A stretch of 53,087 nt of DNA from Candidatus Dadabacteria bacterium (GCA_003695505.1 RFIY01000119.1:1-53087); one strand, 5' to 3'; shown: positions 16,465-26,600, counted from the first letter of the stretch. Notes: generated by a model not told the origin, from the sequence alone. Made by a program: numbers and translations.

Positions 16465-17688
16465 TCAGGGAACGACGGGTTCCAGGGTCTTTTCATATTC
16501 GAAACACGCTGGTCCAGCCTCTGGCAGTGGTATGGGTTGCCCCGCTTCAGGCCAGGGACTCGACGCCGTCACCGGCTCACAACCGACAATCGCCCGATCG
16601 ATCAGCTCCTCGACCGGTATGCGCGAATTGAACGGATCCTCTGCAAGTTCGACGATGTCGCCAACCGTCAGCTCGCTGGGATATCCGACGCCCACAAAGA
16701 TACACATTTCATCGTCGGCGCTCGGACCGTCGGTCACCGTTCGATCTTCGCGATTACGGTAGTGACATGCCCAGTGAACGCCATCTCCGGCCCGCAATGT
16801 CCAGTCACCTGGTTCATAGAAGAGGATCGGTGGCGCATCCCAGTCAGGATTCACGAAAAACGGCGTCTCGCTTACCTCGCTGGTCGCCCGATCGTATTTG
16901 TTCATCGTAAAGCAGGCGCCTCGCGCATGTGAATGGCTCGAGATCGCGACCATTTCGATGTCGCGTTCGACCGCGCACGTCCACGACTCGATGCGCGCAG
17001 ATTGCCCAGGGATCTCGATCGGATCGCCAATCCCGTAGAAACCGGTCAGCACATGCTCTACTTCTGTTTGCGGTACCCGGTAAAAATTGACCGCGGCATT
17101 GACCAGGACATCTTTGTCGCCCGTATTGATGTAGTGGTGTTCCATGATCAGCGTCAGCGGCGCCACGGCCGGCACCGCAATACCATGCGGCAACCGGGCG
17201 ACCTGGTGCGTAATCTGGCTCGGATACACCGGATACGCCCCCTGCTCCATGATGTCGCCAAGCGCGGCGCAGTCCGTCTGCCCGAGTGGATGCCCGAGAT
17301 ACCTCGCACCGACATCCGTGCCGAAGTACGCATCAAGGACAGAAAACACGCCAACGTGAACGTTCATGTGATGGGTCCAGTCCGAGGTCCGACTTTCAAA
17401 ACCCCCAATCCAGACCAGTTTTTCGTCGCCCTGCGGTTCGAATCGAACGATATCGCACACCGTTGTTTCGCTGCCGGCCGGCACGACGTGCGGCGCCGAC
17501 GTGATCTGGTAGCCAAATTCGGGTTTCGGCAACGACACCCGCAAGTCTTCCGCGCCAGGTGGAACCGATGGATCGCGCGCTGTGTCATCGCGGCACCCCG
17601 CACCGGCACAAACGACCAGCAGAACAACCGCGACCGGAACCAGGTCTGCCCACACCGTCCGCCGGCTGTATTGATTAGCGCGTTTCAT
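16465..17688 (-). CDS. exported protein with a copper type II ascorbate-dependent monooxygenase (PHM/DBH)-like two-domain fold
   Basis: Start is Met112 of the 518-aa ORF, with signal/anchor MKRANQYSRRTVWADLVPVAVVLLVVCAGAGC. The ligand-like pattern is HH (106/107), H (184/185), HSH (252/254) and DEMC (Met328). Its spacing closely parallels PHM CuH (H107, H108, H172) and CuM (H242, H244, M314). Confidence 0.6.
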   Translation of the reverse strand: MKRANQYSRRTVWADLVPVAVVLLVVCAGAGCRDDTARDPSVPPGAEDLRVSLPKPEFGYQITSAPHVVPAGSETTVCDIVRFEPQGDEKLVWIGGFESRTSDWTHHMNVHVGVFSVLDAYFGTDVGARYLGHPLGQTDCAALGDIMEQGAYPVYPSQITHQVARLPHGIAVPAVAPLTLIMEHHYINTGDKDVLVNAAVNFYRVPQTEVEHVLTGFYGIGDPIEIPGQSARIESWTCAVERDIEMVAISSHSHARGACFTMNKYDRATSEVSETPFFVNPDWDAPPILFYEPGDWTLRAGDGVHWACHYRNREDRTVTDGPSADDEMCIFVGVGYPSELTVGDIVELAEDPFNSRIPVEELIDRAIVGCEPVTASSPWPEAGQPIPLPEAGPACFEYEKTLEPVVP

Positions 17689-17727
17689 CCCTAGACTCAA
17701 CCACAACGCACCAGCTGAGTCAAGTAC

Positions 17728-17745
17728 AACGAATGGCCGTTCGTT
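17728..17745. promoter_or_regulatory. inverted repeat AACGAA-N6-TTCGTT in the divergent region between the PHM-like gene and the KH-domain gene
   Basis: AACGAATGGCCGTTCGTT. The same AACGAA/TTCGTT arms recur at 33485-33498, and a half-site recurs at 32738-32747. Confidence 0.35.
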
Positions 17746-17775
17746 TAAACGCCGATTTGATTTTGGCCCGCGGAC

Positions 17776-17804
17776 TTGACATCGCCCCATGGTCGGACTA
17801 TGAT
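17776..17804 (+). promoter_or_regulatory. sigma-70-type promoter for the KH-domain gene
   Basis: TTGACA (17776-17781), a 17-nt spacer and TATGAT (17799-17804), about 65 nt upstream of the GTG start at 17869. Confidence 0.55.
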
Positions 17805-17868
17805 TGCACCTGACAGATGTCCTGGCCGGGGGCTGTGGCCCGGGACTTGTGCAGAGGAGGTGCGCACG

Positions 17869-18099
17869 GTGAAAGAGCTTGTGGAACTGATCGCGCGAAC
17901 GCTGGTTGACCACCCGGATCTGGTCGAGGTCAATGAAATCGACGGGGAAACCTCGAGCATCATCGAATTGCGCGTCGGCAAAGAGGACATTGGCAAGATC
18001 ATCGGACGACAGGGTGCACATGCCCGGGCCATCCGCACGCTCCTGGCTGCCGCCGGCGGCAAATACCGCAAACGATTTACCCTTGAGATCATCGACTGA
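17869..18099 (+). CDS. KH-domain RNA-binding protein (UPF0109, YlqC/KhpA family)
   Basis: [63 protein letters not shown] matches the family end to end, including the GxxG loop. The GTG start has GGAGG 8 nt upstream. Confidence 0.8.
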   Translation: MKELVELIARTLVDHPDLVEVNEIDGETSSIIELRVGKEDIGKIIGRQGAHARAIRTLLAAAGGKYRKRFTLEIID

Positions 18100-18187
18100 C
18101 GCGCAAGACGTGCGCCACCGGACCCGAATCTCTTAGAATAATACGCAGTTTCCGTCCGTTGTTCACTCCTGCCAGGGGACTTGCGCT

Positions 18188-18778
18188 GTGAGCCGACGAC
18201 TATATTGCCCCAGTTGCGGCGTCGACGTCGAGACATTCGTCATGGTTCAGGGGGGCCAGGAGGTGCCGCACTGCAGCATCTGTGGTCTCGTGCTGGACGA
18301 CGACGAAGCGCCATCTGAAACTGGCACACCAGGACGTGCGGCTCTGGCATACGTCCTGATTGCGGAAGACAGCCCGCTGATTTGCAATGCCGTTGCCGAT
18401 ATGCTCGAATCGCAGCACATTGCAATGGAAGTCGGCCGGGCCGCGAATGGCGTGGAATTCGTGTCACAGGCCACGGCACGGTTTCGCCAGCAGGGCAAGC
18501 TCAGCCTGGCGATTCTCGACGTCGAAATGCCCATCATGAATGGTGTTCAGGCCGCCCGCAGCCTGCGTGACCTTGAACGCCAGCTCCACGTTCCCCGCAA
18601 GACACCCGTCCTGTTTTTTACCAGCCGAAAGATTGACGAACGATTCAAACAGATTCTCCAGCAACTGCAACCCTCGTCCTTCGTCAACAAGGGAACGAGT
18701 ACCGATCCCGAGCATCTTGCCCAACGCGTGCGCAAGGTCCTGTCTGTTCTGCTTCCAGGCAAAGTTCCGGCAGCCTGA
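18188..18778 (+). CDS. single-domain response regulator with an N-terminal CxxC...CxxC zinc ribbon
   Basis: CPSCG-N17-CSICG is followed by a receiver domain: LIAEDS, phospho-acceptor context LAILDVEMP, FFTS and VNKG. No output domain is present. GTG start. Confidence 0.75.
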   Translation: MSRRLYCPSCGVDVETFVMVQGGQEVPHCSICGLVLDDDEAPSETGTPGRAALAYVLIAEDSPLICNAVADMLESQHIAMEVGRAANGVEFVSQATARFRQQGKLSLAILDVEMPIMNGVQAARSLRDLERQLHVPRKTPVLFFTSRKIDERFKQILQQLQPSSFVNKGTSTDPEHLAQRVRKVLSVLLPGKVPAA

Positions 18779-18792
18779 ATCCGTTACAGAAT

Positions 18793-19902
18793 ATGCCGCA
18801 AGGACGCTTTCCCATGCCGACGTGTTTGATCGCGCTGCTTCTGGTGCTGCTCAATGCGTGCGCCGGAGCTCCGCGTATCCCGGACACGCCGGAAGCACCA
18901 CCGGAGCACGGCGCGTTCGAGCGGGTATTGCGCATGGATCCCATCACGCTCAACAGCCCCCCGGACGGCATCCGCAACTGGGGACCTGCCGAATTTTTCG
19001 AGGCCGGCAATGACGCCTATGACGATGCCGACTGGCGGACGGCCGTCGCCTGGTATGACCGGATCATCCACGAGTACCCGGAACACGAACTGGTTCCGAG
19101 TGCACTGTTCAACGGCGGACTCGCACTCGAGCAACTCAACGACCTGGGACGCGCCGAGGCCTATTTCGCCGCGATCGTCGATCGGGCATCTGAGAGCGAA
19201 CTGGTGGCAAGCGCATTGTGGAATCTGGTCGAATTGCGGGAAAAGCGCGCGGCCTGGAGTGATGTTCTGCAGACCATCGCCCAGTTTCACGACCTCGACC
19301 TGAGCGATGACGAACGATTCGAACTTGAGGCGCGCGCCTGGATCGCCCGTGCCATCCTCAAGCCGACAGACGCCAACATCGACCGGCTCGAAGCGATCGC
19401 GGCGACATTTCAGGAACGTCTGCGCCGGGGTGCGCAGCTCGGACGGGATACGCTTGCGCGCCTGTACTGGACCGTCGGCGAAATCTGGCTGGGCCGCGCC
19501 CAGGCCGTAATCCCCGACCCGGACAGTCGGCACCTCGAGGACGACCTCGAAACCAAAGCGGCCGCGCTATTGCGTGCTCAGGACGCCTATTTGCGGACGG
19601 TTCGAGCTCTCGATCCGGTCTGGGCCACCGCCGCCGTATTCCGGATCGGCTTTGCCTATGAAAGTTTCTACGCGGACCTGATCAATTCACCAGCACCCTC
19701 CGCACTGAGTGAAGACGAACGAACCGTCTATCTCGAAGAAGTATACAAAACCCTCGCGCCAGTCAAGAAGAAAGCGGAAATGGCGTACGAACGCATCATT
19801 CGCTTCTCGCGGCAATACAGCATCATGAGCGACTGGGTACATCAGGCCGAGGAACGACTCAGTCGTCTGCAGGCCCTGGAACTGCCATCTCCCGGCGGAT
19901 AA
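18793..19902 (+). CDS. TPR-like lipoprotein (about 365 aa)
   Basis: Signal/lipobox CLIALLLVLLNAC, then helical-repeat sequence (FEAGNDAYDDADWRTAVAWYDRIIHEYPEHELVPSALFNGGLALEQLNDLGRAEAYF). It begins 14 nt after the response regulator. An alternative start at 18814 has AAGGA 8 nt upstream. Confidence 0.6.
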   Translation: MPQGRFPMPTCLIALLLVLLNACAGAPRIPDTPEAPPEHGAFERVLRMDPITLNSPPDGIRNWGPAEFFEAGNDAYDDADWRTAVAWYDRIIHEYPEHELVPSALFNGGLALEQLNDLGRAEAYFAAIVDRASESELVASALWNLVELREKRAAWSDVLQTIAQFHDLDLSDDERFELEARAWIARAILKPTDANIDRLEAIAATFQERLRRGAQLGRDTLARLYWTVGEIWLGRAQAVIPDPDSRHLEDDLETKAAALLRAQDAYLRTVRALDPVWATAAVFRIGFAYESFYADLINSPAPSALSEDERTVYLEEVYKTLAPVKKKAEMAYERIIRFSRQYSIMSDWVHQAEERLSRLQALELPSPGG

Positions 19903-20283
19903 CAGCCCGCCGAACCAGCCCCGGTGCCCCACCCGAGCGCCGGGTCCCGACGATAATTGGCACTCGCTACCCCGCCGCTCGACCGCGATGTTTTCCGCTG
20001 GCGGCGTGGTTACCCAGCCGCAATGACGATCACGACGGTGGGCGTGGCCACCACTTCGGCCCGCCCTGCGAATGGAGATTCCTGCGTTGCCTGTCGTGAC
20101 ATCGCTCAGGTTTGGCGCATTCGGCGGGTTTTTGATAGGATCGGTGTAGCGATATGCATCGCTCAGCGCCGCCTAAAACCTTGTTTTAGCGGCGTCTCCG
20201 GACGGGGAGTGCACCACTGTCCGGTTGACGGCGTTGCATAGGATCAACAACCGAGGTCACACCTGACAACCAGAGGAAACCGC

Positions 20284-21219
20284 ATGCCTGTTCAGATCGG
20301 CACCGTTACGCGGAACGCGCTTTTTCGGGCCCTGATCCCCACTCTTGTCGGCGTTGCCCTGTCGATACCCGTTACGATTCGGGCGCAAAATATCGATCTG
20401 GATCAGTTCGAGGAGATCGACACATCCGGGCAACCTCTTGCGCCGAAACCTCGAGCAAACAAGACAGGAAGCGGCACTTCAGCAGACCCAACGGCCGGCT
20501 GGGAAGAAGTCGCCCCGTCGGCAGCTCGACCCGCACGGCCTCCCGCAAACCGGATGGATACGGTTGACCTGAAGCCGTCCCCAACCGCGGCCGCGGCACC
20601 GAAGGCGACCCCTGTCGTGCCGCCCCAGGAACCGATCGCGACGCCGGCCGCGCGCTCCCGGGCAGGCGTCGATACGCGGGTGCGCACCCCTGCTGCAAAT
20701 ATTTCTCTCGACGCACGCTTTCAGGATCAGATTCGCGAACTGAACCGCGAAATCGCCACGCTCAAGGAGCGTGTCATCGAGGCGAAAAGCCGCCTGCTCT
20801 CCTACTCTCAAAAGGTCGCACAGGGCTTCGCATCGGGGACGCAACTGTACCTCAAGGTGGACAGCGGCCTGGGCAAGGACTTCATCATCGAGCGGCTCGA
20901 GTTCTATCTGGACGGACACCAGATCTATACACGCGAATTCGAACCGGGGGAAACGGTGGACGAGATCCTGGCATACAAGGGCAGCGTACTTCCCGGCCGC
21001 CACCGCATCGATGTTGAAGCGATTCTGCGCGGCGACGACGGTCTGCTCGACTTTGGACACAAGGCCCGGCTTCGGCTGGAATCTGGTGAATATTTCGCAG
21101 CCAACGAAGGCAAAGTCGTTGAGCTCGACCTCGTGCTGTTCGACCGCGGCGGGCTGTTCAAGGCCATCGAAACCCGGCCAGGCCTGAAGTTCGAGATCGT
21201 CGAACGCGACGTTTTCTGA
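20284..21219 (+). CDS. envelope protein with N-terminal hydrophobic segment, Pro/Ala-rich spacer, coiled coil and C-terminal beta-rich domain (TonB-like topology)
   Basis: ALFRALIPTLVGVALSIPVTIRAQ, then P/A-rich PSAARPARPPANR...PKATPVVPPQEPIATPAA, then the coiled coil QIRELNREIATLKERVIEAKSRLL, then a ~130-aa beta-rich C-terminus. GAGGAAA lies 6 nt before the ATG. Confidence 0.55.
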   Translation: MPVQIGTVTRNALFRALIPTLVGVALSIPVTIRAQNIDLDQFEEIDTSGQPLAPKPRANKTGSGTSADPTAGWEEVAPSAARPARPPANRMDTVDLKPSPTAAAAPKATPVVPPQEPIATPAARSRAGVDTRVRTPAANISLDARFQDQIRELNREIATLKERVIEAKSRLLSYSQKVAQGFASGTQLYLKVDSGLGKDFIIERLEFYLDGHQIYTREFEPGETVDEILAYKGSVLPGRHRIDVEAILRGDDGLLDFGHKARLRLESGEYFAANEGKVVELDLVLFDRGGLFKAIETRPGLKFEIVERDVF

Positions 21220-21221
21220 AC

Positions 21222-23696
21222 TTGATCCCGGGACACCGGCCAACTTCCTGTCAGCGCCTGGCGAACCGTGTTCGCCCGGATCGGCGTGTGCGCGCACAGG
21301 GTCAAAGGGTCGCCATAGCGAGCCTGACACTGCTGCTCCTCGCGACGGGTGTGTTCGGCGGTTTCGGATCAGGACCGCAACACGCCGAGGCGGCCATTTC
21401 GGAACAGCGGCTGCAACGCCTGAACTTTTTTTACCGGTTTCAGCTCGGACGAAACTACTTCAACAGCGGAAGCTACCTGGAGGCAGCGGCGCATTTTCAC
21501 AGCCTGCTAGGACAATACGCATCGCTTCCGAGACCCCTGCAGCTTCAGCTCGACTACTACCTTGGCATTTCCTATCACGAAGCCGGATTATCGGATCGCG
21601 CGCGGCCCCATCTGAAGAAGGTGATTGCAACCGCGTTCATTCCGCAATTCGTCGTCGATGCGGCTGTGGCACAAATGGCAATCGATGCCGCGCGCGGCCA
21701 TGCGGACGAGGTGCAGAAGACATATGACCGGATCGCGGCGCGCAATTTTCCGCCAGACCTGCGCGTCCAGCTCGACTACGGTGCAATCCAGGCCAGATAC
21801 CGGCTCAAGGATTACCGCGGCGTGCGCGATCTGGCGCTACGACTGCCCCCGGGCACGCCAGAATACCCCCGGGGCATATTGCTGTCCGCGCTGTCGATGA
21901 TGGCGACGAAGCAGTACTCGGCGGCAGAGGAAGACCTCATGCGGCTGCTCAACGCTCCTGCCGAACTTGAGTCTGCAGGCATCGACAACCAGATACCGCG
22001 GCTGCAACTGATGCTGGCACAGGTTCGGTTTGACCGCGGAGATTACCGCCGCTGCCTTCAGACCCTCGATCAGATTCAGGCGCCGGAACTTGCTGCGGAT
22101 GTGCTGTATACGCGCGGCTGGGCGCAACTGATGCAACAGCGTTACGACACCGGGCTTGAGACGTTCGAGCGCCTCGTGCGAGACCATCCCGAGGACGAGC
22201 GCAGCGTAGAGGCGACGTTGCTGGGCGGATACACGTTGCTGAACCTTGCACGCTTCCCCGAGGCGTACGCCTACTTCGCCACGCTCGAAACCGAATACAG
22301 AAAGGCCGCCCGGGAATTGTCGCGTTTTCGCGGCGGGTTCAACTCAATCCGCTCGCTTGATCAGTTGCTACAGAGCAATGCCCGACTTGCAAAGGCGCCG
22401 ATCCCGCCTCAGATTCGTGACTGGATCTATCAGAGTCGCGATGTCCGCCTGGCCACCGGAGCACGGGATGAGGTCGCCGCGCTGGGCCGACTGATCGGGG
22501 ATCTGCTTCGTGACCTGAAGCGCATGCGTGTCGTCAGTGCCGGCTTCGGCTCATCGTTCGAAAACCCGGCGACCCTCGAACGGCTGTTGCGCAACGAAAG
22601 CGCGCTGCGGCTGACCGAAATTCGCTCGCGGATTCTGGAATTGATGATCAAGCCGGTACGAGAAGGGCTGCTGGCCTCGCAGACTGGCGAATACAACCTG
22701 ATCAATCAGGCACAAAGCACACGCAAGGAGGCCATCAAGGCGATTCGCACGGTGGCCAATCCCGTCAAGGAACGCGCAACGGCAATCCAGCGATCGCTGC
22801 GCAAAATCCAGCACTACCTGTATCTTGTCGCCGACAAGGAATTGTCAGGAACGCCCGATCCTGCCAGCCGGGATATCAGCGCAACAGTCGAATTGTCCCG
22901 GCCGGCGCTCGACATCCTCGACCAGCTTATGACGGATGAAGAGCGCATCGCCTTCGTGTTGCTCAAGGTCATGGAAGAAGAAGAGCGCCTCTGGTCGGTC
23001 ATCGCCGAAACGATTTCCATTGAACGCGGCGCAGCGGAACGCATTCTTCGCAAGCTTGGCCTGTGGGACTCCCAGGCCTACATCGACCGTCTGGAACTGC
23101 TTTACCGCTCGACCAGTGGCATCGAATCCATCCTCAACGACAATGGCGAGCTGCTGCTGGCAATTCAAACGGGGATCCTCGACGGCGTCATGCGCTATAC
23201 CGACACGATGAATGAAGATCTCGCGGACTTGCGGCAACAGCAGGGTGCCCTCTTTGCCGCCGCAGAGCAGGTACGCCTGCAGCGCGTTGATGTGGCCTGG
23301 GACGGCGAAGTACAGCGCCTGCGTGAAGCCGAAGCCCGGATGGCTGGCGGCAAACTCGACCTGGGATGGCGCATCAAGGAAGTCGAACACGAACTGATGA
23401 ACGACGTCCTGCGCGAGGAGCAGGATCGGCTGCGTGAACTGAATGCCTACTACGACAAGGTTCGCGATCAGGCAGAGGCCGCCGCGCGCGCGATCGATGT
23501 ACTGGATGAACGAATCAGATCTCAAATTGCCGGCTCGGTCCAGGGCGACCGAACGGTTGACCTGTCGAAGTCGCTCGAAATGATCTCGCGCGAACTCGAA
23601 CAGATGGAACGATTTGTCAACGAACTCAGTCGCGGATCGAAATCGATCCTCGAACGCGACAAAGAGTTGCAGTGGGTACCGGAGTACCAGCGATGA
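21222..23696 (+). CDS. large exported TPR and coiled-coil protein (about 800-824 aa)
   Basis: Signal-like RVAIASLTLLLLATGVFGGFGSGPQHAEA. The N-terminal half is TPR-like (GRNYFNSGSYLEAAAHFHSLL, YYLGISYHEAGL...). The C-terminal half is heptad-rich and charged. A TTG start lies 2 nt after the upstream stop, and GTG 21288 is an alternative. Confidence 0.6.
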   Translation: MIPGHRPTSCQRLANRVRPDRRVRAQGQRVAIASLTLLLLATGVFGGFGSGPQHAEAAISEQRLQRLNFFYRFQLGRNYFNSGSYLEAAAHFHSLLGQYASLPRPLQLQLDYYLGISYHEAGLSDRARPHLKKVIATAFIPQFVVDAAVAQMAIDAARGHADEVQKTYDRIAARNFPPDLRVQLDYGAIQARYRLKDYRGVRDLALRLPPGTPEYPRGILLSALSMMATKQYSAAEEDLMRLLNAPAELESAGIDNQIPRLQLMLAQVRFDRGDYRRCLQTLDQIQAPELAADVLYTRGWAQLMQQRYDTGLETFERLVRDHPEDERSVEATLLGGYTLLNLARFPEAYAYFATLETEYRKAARELSRFRGGFNSIRSLDQLLQSNARLAKAPIPPQIRDWIYQSRDVRLATGARDEVAALGRLIGDLLRDLKRMRVVSAGFGSSFENPATLERLLRNESALRLTEIRSRILELMIKPVREGLLASQTGEYNLINQAQSTRKEAIKAIRTVANPVKERATAIQRSLRKIQHYLYLVADKELSGTPDPASRDISATVELSRPALDILDQLMTDEERIAFVLLKVMEEEERLWSVIAETISIERGAAERILRKLGLWDSQAYIDRLELLYRSTSGIESILNDNGELLLAIQTGILDGVMRYTDTMNEDLADLRQQQGALFAAAEQVRLQRVDVAWDGEVQRLREAEARMAGGKLDLGWRIKEVEHELMNDVLREEQDRLRELNAYYDKVRDQAEAAARAIDVLDERIRSQIAGSVQGDRTVDLSKSLEMISRELEQMERFVNELSRGSKSILERDKELQWVPEYQR

Positions 23697-26600
23697 TCCG
23701 CCCCGTCAGCATACGTCAGGCCGTTTGCGGCGGCGCCCTCGCCCTTGGGCTCAGCCTGTTACCCGGCATGGCGTTCCCGCAGACATCGGCCGCGGTAACC
23801 GACGAAACGCTCGGGTTCCAGTTGACCGAACGGGTTCGTCTGGCCACCGTCCAGTCGCGGATCCAGGCACAGCGCACACTGATGCAGTGGGTACGGGATC
23901 AGGCAGTCAGGATCGCAAATACCAAGCAGGAACTCGAACGCAAGCAACTCCGCAAGGCGTTCGACGAACTGGTCAAGACGATGCGCGGCAAGGGCAGTGA
24001 GCGGCGTCGCAAGCTGATCGACGAGATGCAGACGTTCGTACAACGCTACGCGGACACGCAGGCGTCGGGCGACCTGCTGCTGCGACTGGCCGAGCTTTAT
24101 TACGAGGAAGCCAACTTTCAGTACATCCTCGCGATGGATGAGTACGAACGGCAATATATCGCCTTCGAGAAGGGGGAGGCCGACAACCCGCCGGAACAGC
24201 CAGAACCCGACTATGGTCCCGCGCTCGAGCTGTACCGCGAATTCACGGAAGCCTACAAAAATCACCGGTATTACCGTGACGGGCTGTATCTGTATGCCTA
24301 TCTGCTCGAAGAATCCGGTTTCGAAGATCAGGCGGTCGAGATTTATGAGCGGCTGCTCGAAACCGACCCCGATGGTCCACTCGCCCCCGAAGTCTCGTTC
24401 CGGGTCGGCCAGTACTATTTTCTGACCGGAGACCTGGATCTGGCGGCAGAACGCTACCGCCATACGCTCAAATTGCGTGATCAGACGTTCTACGACAAGG
24501 CGCTGTACAAACTGGCGTGGACGTACTACCGAATGGACGACCTCGACCGCGCCCTGCTTGGCTTCGTCGAATTGATCGATTACGGCGAAAAGGTGCCGGT
24601 CGGCGCGGAAATGCGCAGCGAAAGTCTCCAGTACATGGCAATCATTTTCTCGGATCGGGGCGGCCTCAAGGATCTCGAAGCGTTCTTCGCGCAGATTGGG
24701 CCGCGTTCATACAAACTGGAAGTCATTGAGCGGCTGGCAGATCTCTATTTTGAGACCGCGGACTATCGCAATGCACTGACCGTGTATCGCGACCTGCTCG
24801 ATCTGCAACCCTATGCCGCGACTGCGCCGGTTCTTGTGCGCAAGATTGAAGATTCCTGGACGAAGCTCGAGAACGAGCGCCAGGTCGTCGAATCCTGGCG
24901 CGAATTCGCAGAGCGCTTCGGTAACGGCACGACGTGGCAAACACGTTGGAAGGAAGCGGACCCACGCCTGGCCTGGGATGTACAGAAAGAAGCTGAAAAG
25001 AAGGGCTTCGACTACGCGGCCTGGTGGCATGGCAAAGGCCAGGCGACGTCGGATCCCGCCAAACGTAAACAGTATTACCTGCGTGCTCTGAAGGCGTATG
25101 AAGCCTTCGAGAAACAGTTCGACGACAGTGTTCGTCTGGCCGAGGCGGTATTCAATCAGGCCGAAATCCATTACGACCTGGGCAACTGGAACAAGGCGGG
25201 TGAATTGTATGCCCGCGTCCCGGAGATTGCCGTCGATCCGACCAACGAACTGTTCTCGGAGTCGGCCTGGAACATGATCCTTGCGCGGCGCAAGGCGCTG
25301 GAAGTCTGGGAGCGCACACCCAAAGCGCAGGCGATGCTGAAAGCCATCGCCGCCGAGCGGGCAAAGCTCGAAGCCACAGCGGAAAAGGCGCAGAAGGAAG
25401 GCTCACTCGCGCGCGCCACCCGCTCGGTCACCGGCCCTGCCGCAACGACTGCCGCCACGCCGACAACCGCAGTCGCCCCACAGGCGCCGGTTGAGGCACC
25501 GACCCGAAAGCGCGTCGGCGCGGACGGCAAGACGGTCAAGAAAAAACGCACCCTTCCGAAGGCCGCGATGAACCTCATTCGTGCGAGTCTGTACTATGTG
25601 CGCCTGTACCCACTGGGCGAACGCTCGCCGGCCGTCTACTACAACACCGGCGACATCCTGATGACCTATGGCCTGTACGGTCAGGCGCGCAAACAATACA
25701 TTTCGTTCGTGGAACGGTTCCCGGACAACGCGTTCGTCCTCGATGCGATCAAACAGGTCGTCCGCACGTTTTTGCTCGAACAGAAGTTTGGCGATCTCGT
25801 CGAATGGGGCTACAGCATCTACGAGTCACCGCTCGCCAACAACCCCGAGATCCGGGACTATTTCACGACGATCCTGTCCGGCGCGATGTTCAAGGACGCA
25901 CAACAACTGGAAAAAGACGAAAAGCTGCGCGAAGCGGCGGACGCCTATCTGACGCTCGTCGATCGCTTCCCGGAATCAGAGTTTGTCGACGAAGCCCTGA
26001 TCAACGCTGCCGCCGCATTGCAGCGCCAGGGAGACTGGGAGCGCTCGACCCAGGTCTTTCTGCGCTTCTACGAACAGTTCCCGGATCACCCATTCGCATC
26101 CGAAGCGCTGTTCCAGACGGCCTGGAACGCCGAGCGTGTCCTCGATTTCAATGCCGCCGTTTCGCGCTACACCGAGCTGCTGGACCGTTTCCCGAAACAT
26201 CAGAAAACGAAAGACGCCCTGTTCAACTCGGCGAATATTCTGGCCAAACTCGGACAATCGCGTCGCGCGGCCGAGCTGTTCCTGCTCTACATCGAGCGGT
26301 TCCCGAATGAGCCGGATGAGGCCGACAACATCTTTTTCGCGGCACGGGCCTATTACGACGATGGCGACCTCGAAAAGGCGGAACAACTTTTCAATCGCTA
26401 CATCAAACACAAGAAGCGTACAGAACGCGAGGTCGAAGCACTTTGGTACCTGTCGCAGATTGCGCTGGAACGTAACGACGCGAAGGGCTATGACAAACTG
26501 CTGGACCGAATCCTCGAAGCCTACAAGCGGTATACCGCGGAAGGAAAAATCGTCGATCCGCGATTCGCGGCCGAAGCCGCATTCCGCAAGGCGGAAAAAG

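Noticed and set aside
17435-17444. GGTTCGAATC, a tRNA T-loop-like string.
   Set aside because: It lies in frame inside the PHM-like CDS, and no acceptor or anticodon stems can be drawn around it.
19954-19970. TTGGCACTCGCTACCCC, a TGGCAC hexamer in the long intergenic gap, and GGTTGACGGCGTTGCAT at 20223-20239.
   Set aside because: The first lacks GC at the -12 position. The second has GG-to-GC spacing one nucleotide too long. Neither qualifies as a sigma-54 promoter.
19957-20241. 94-aa TTG-initiated ORF inside the 381-nt gap.
   Set aside because: It has no SD, uses a non-ATG start, and gives a Arg/Cys/Val-rich product. The region is better explained as structured non-coding RNA or DNA.
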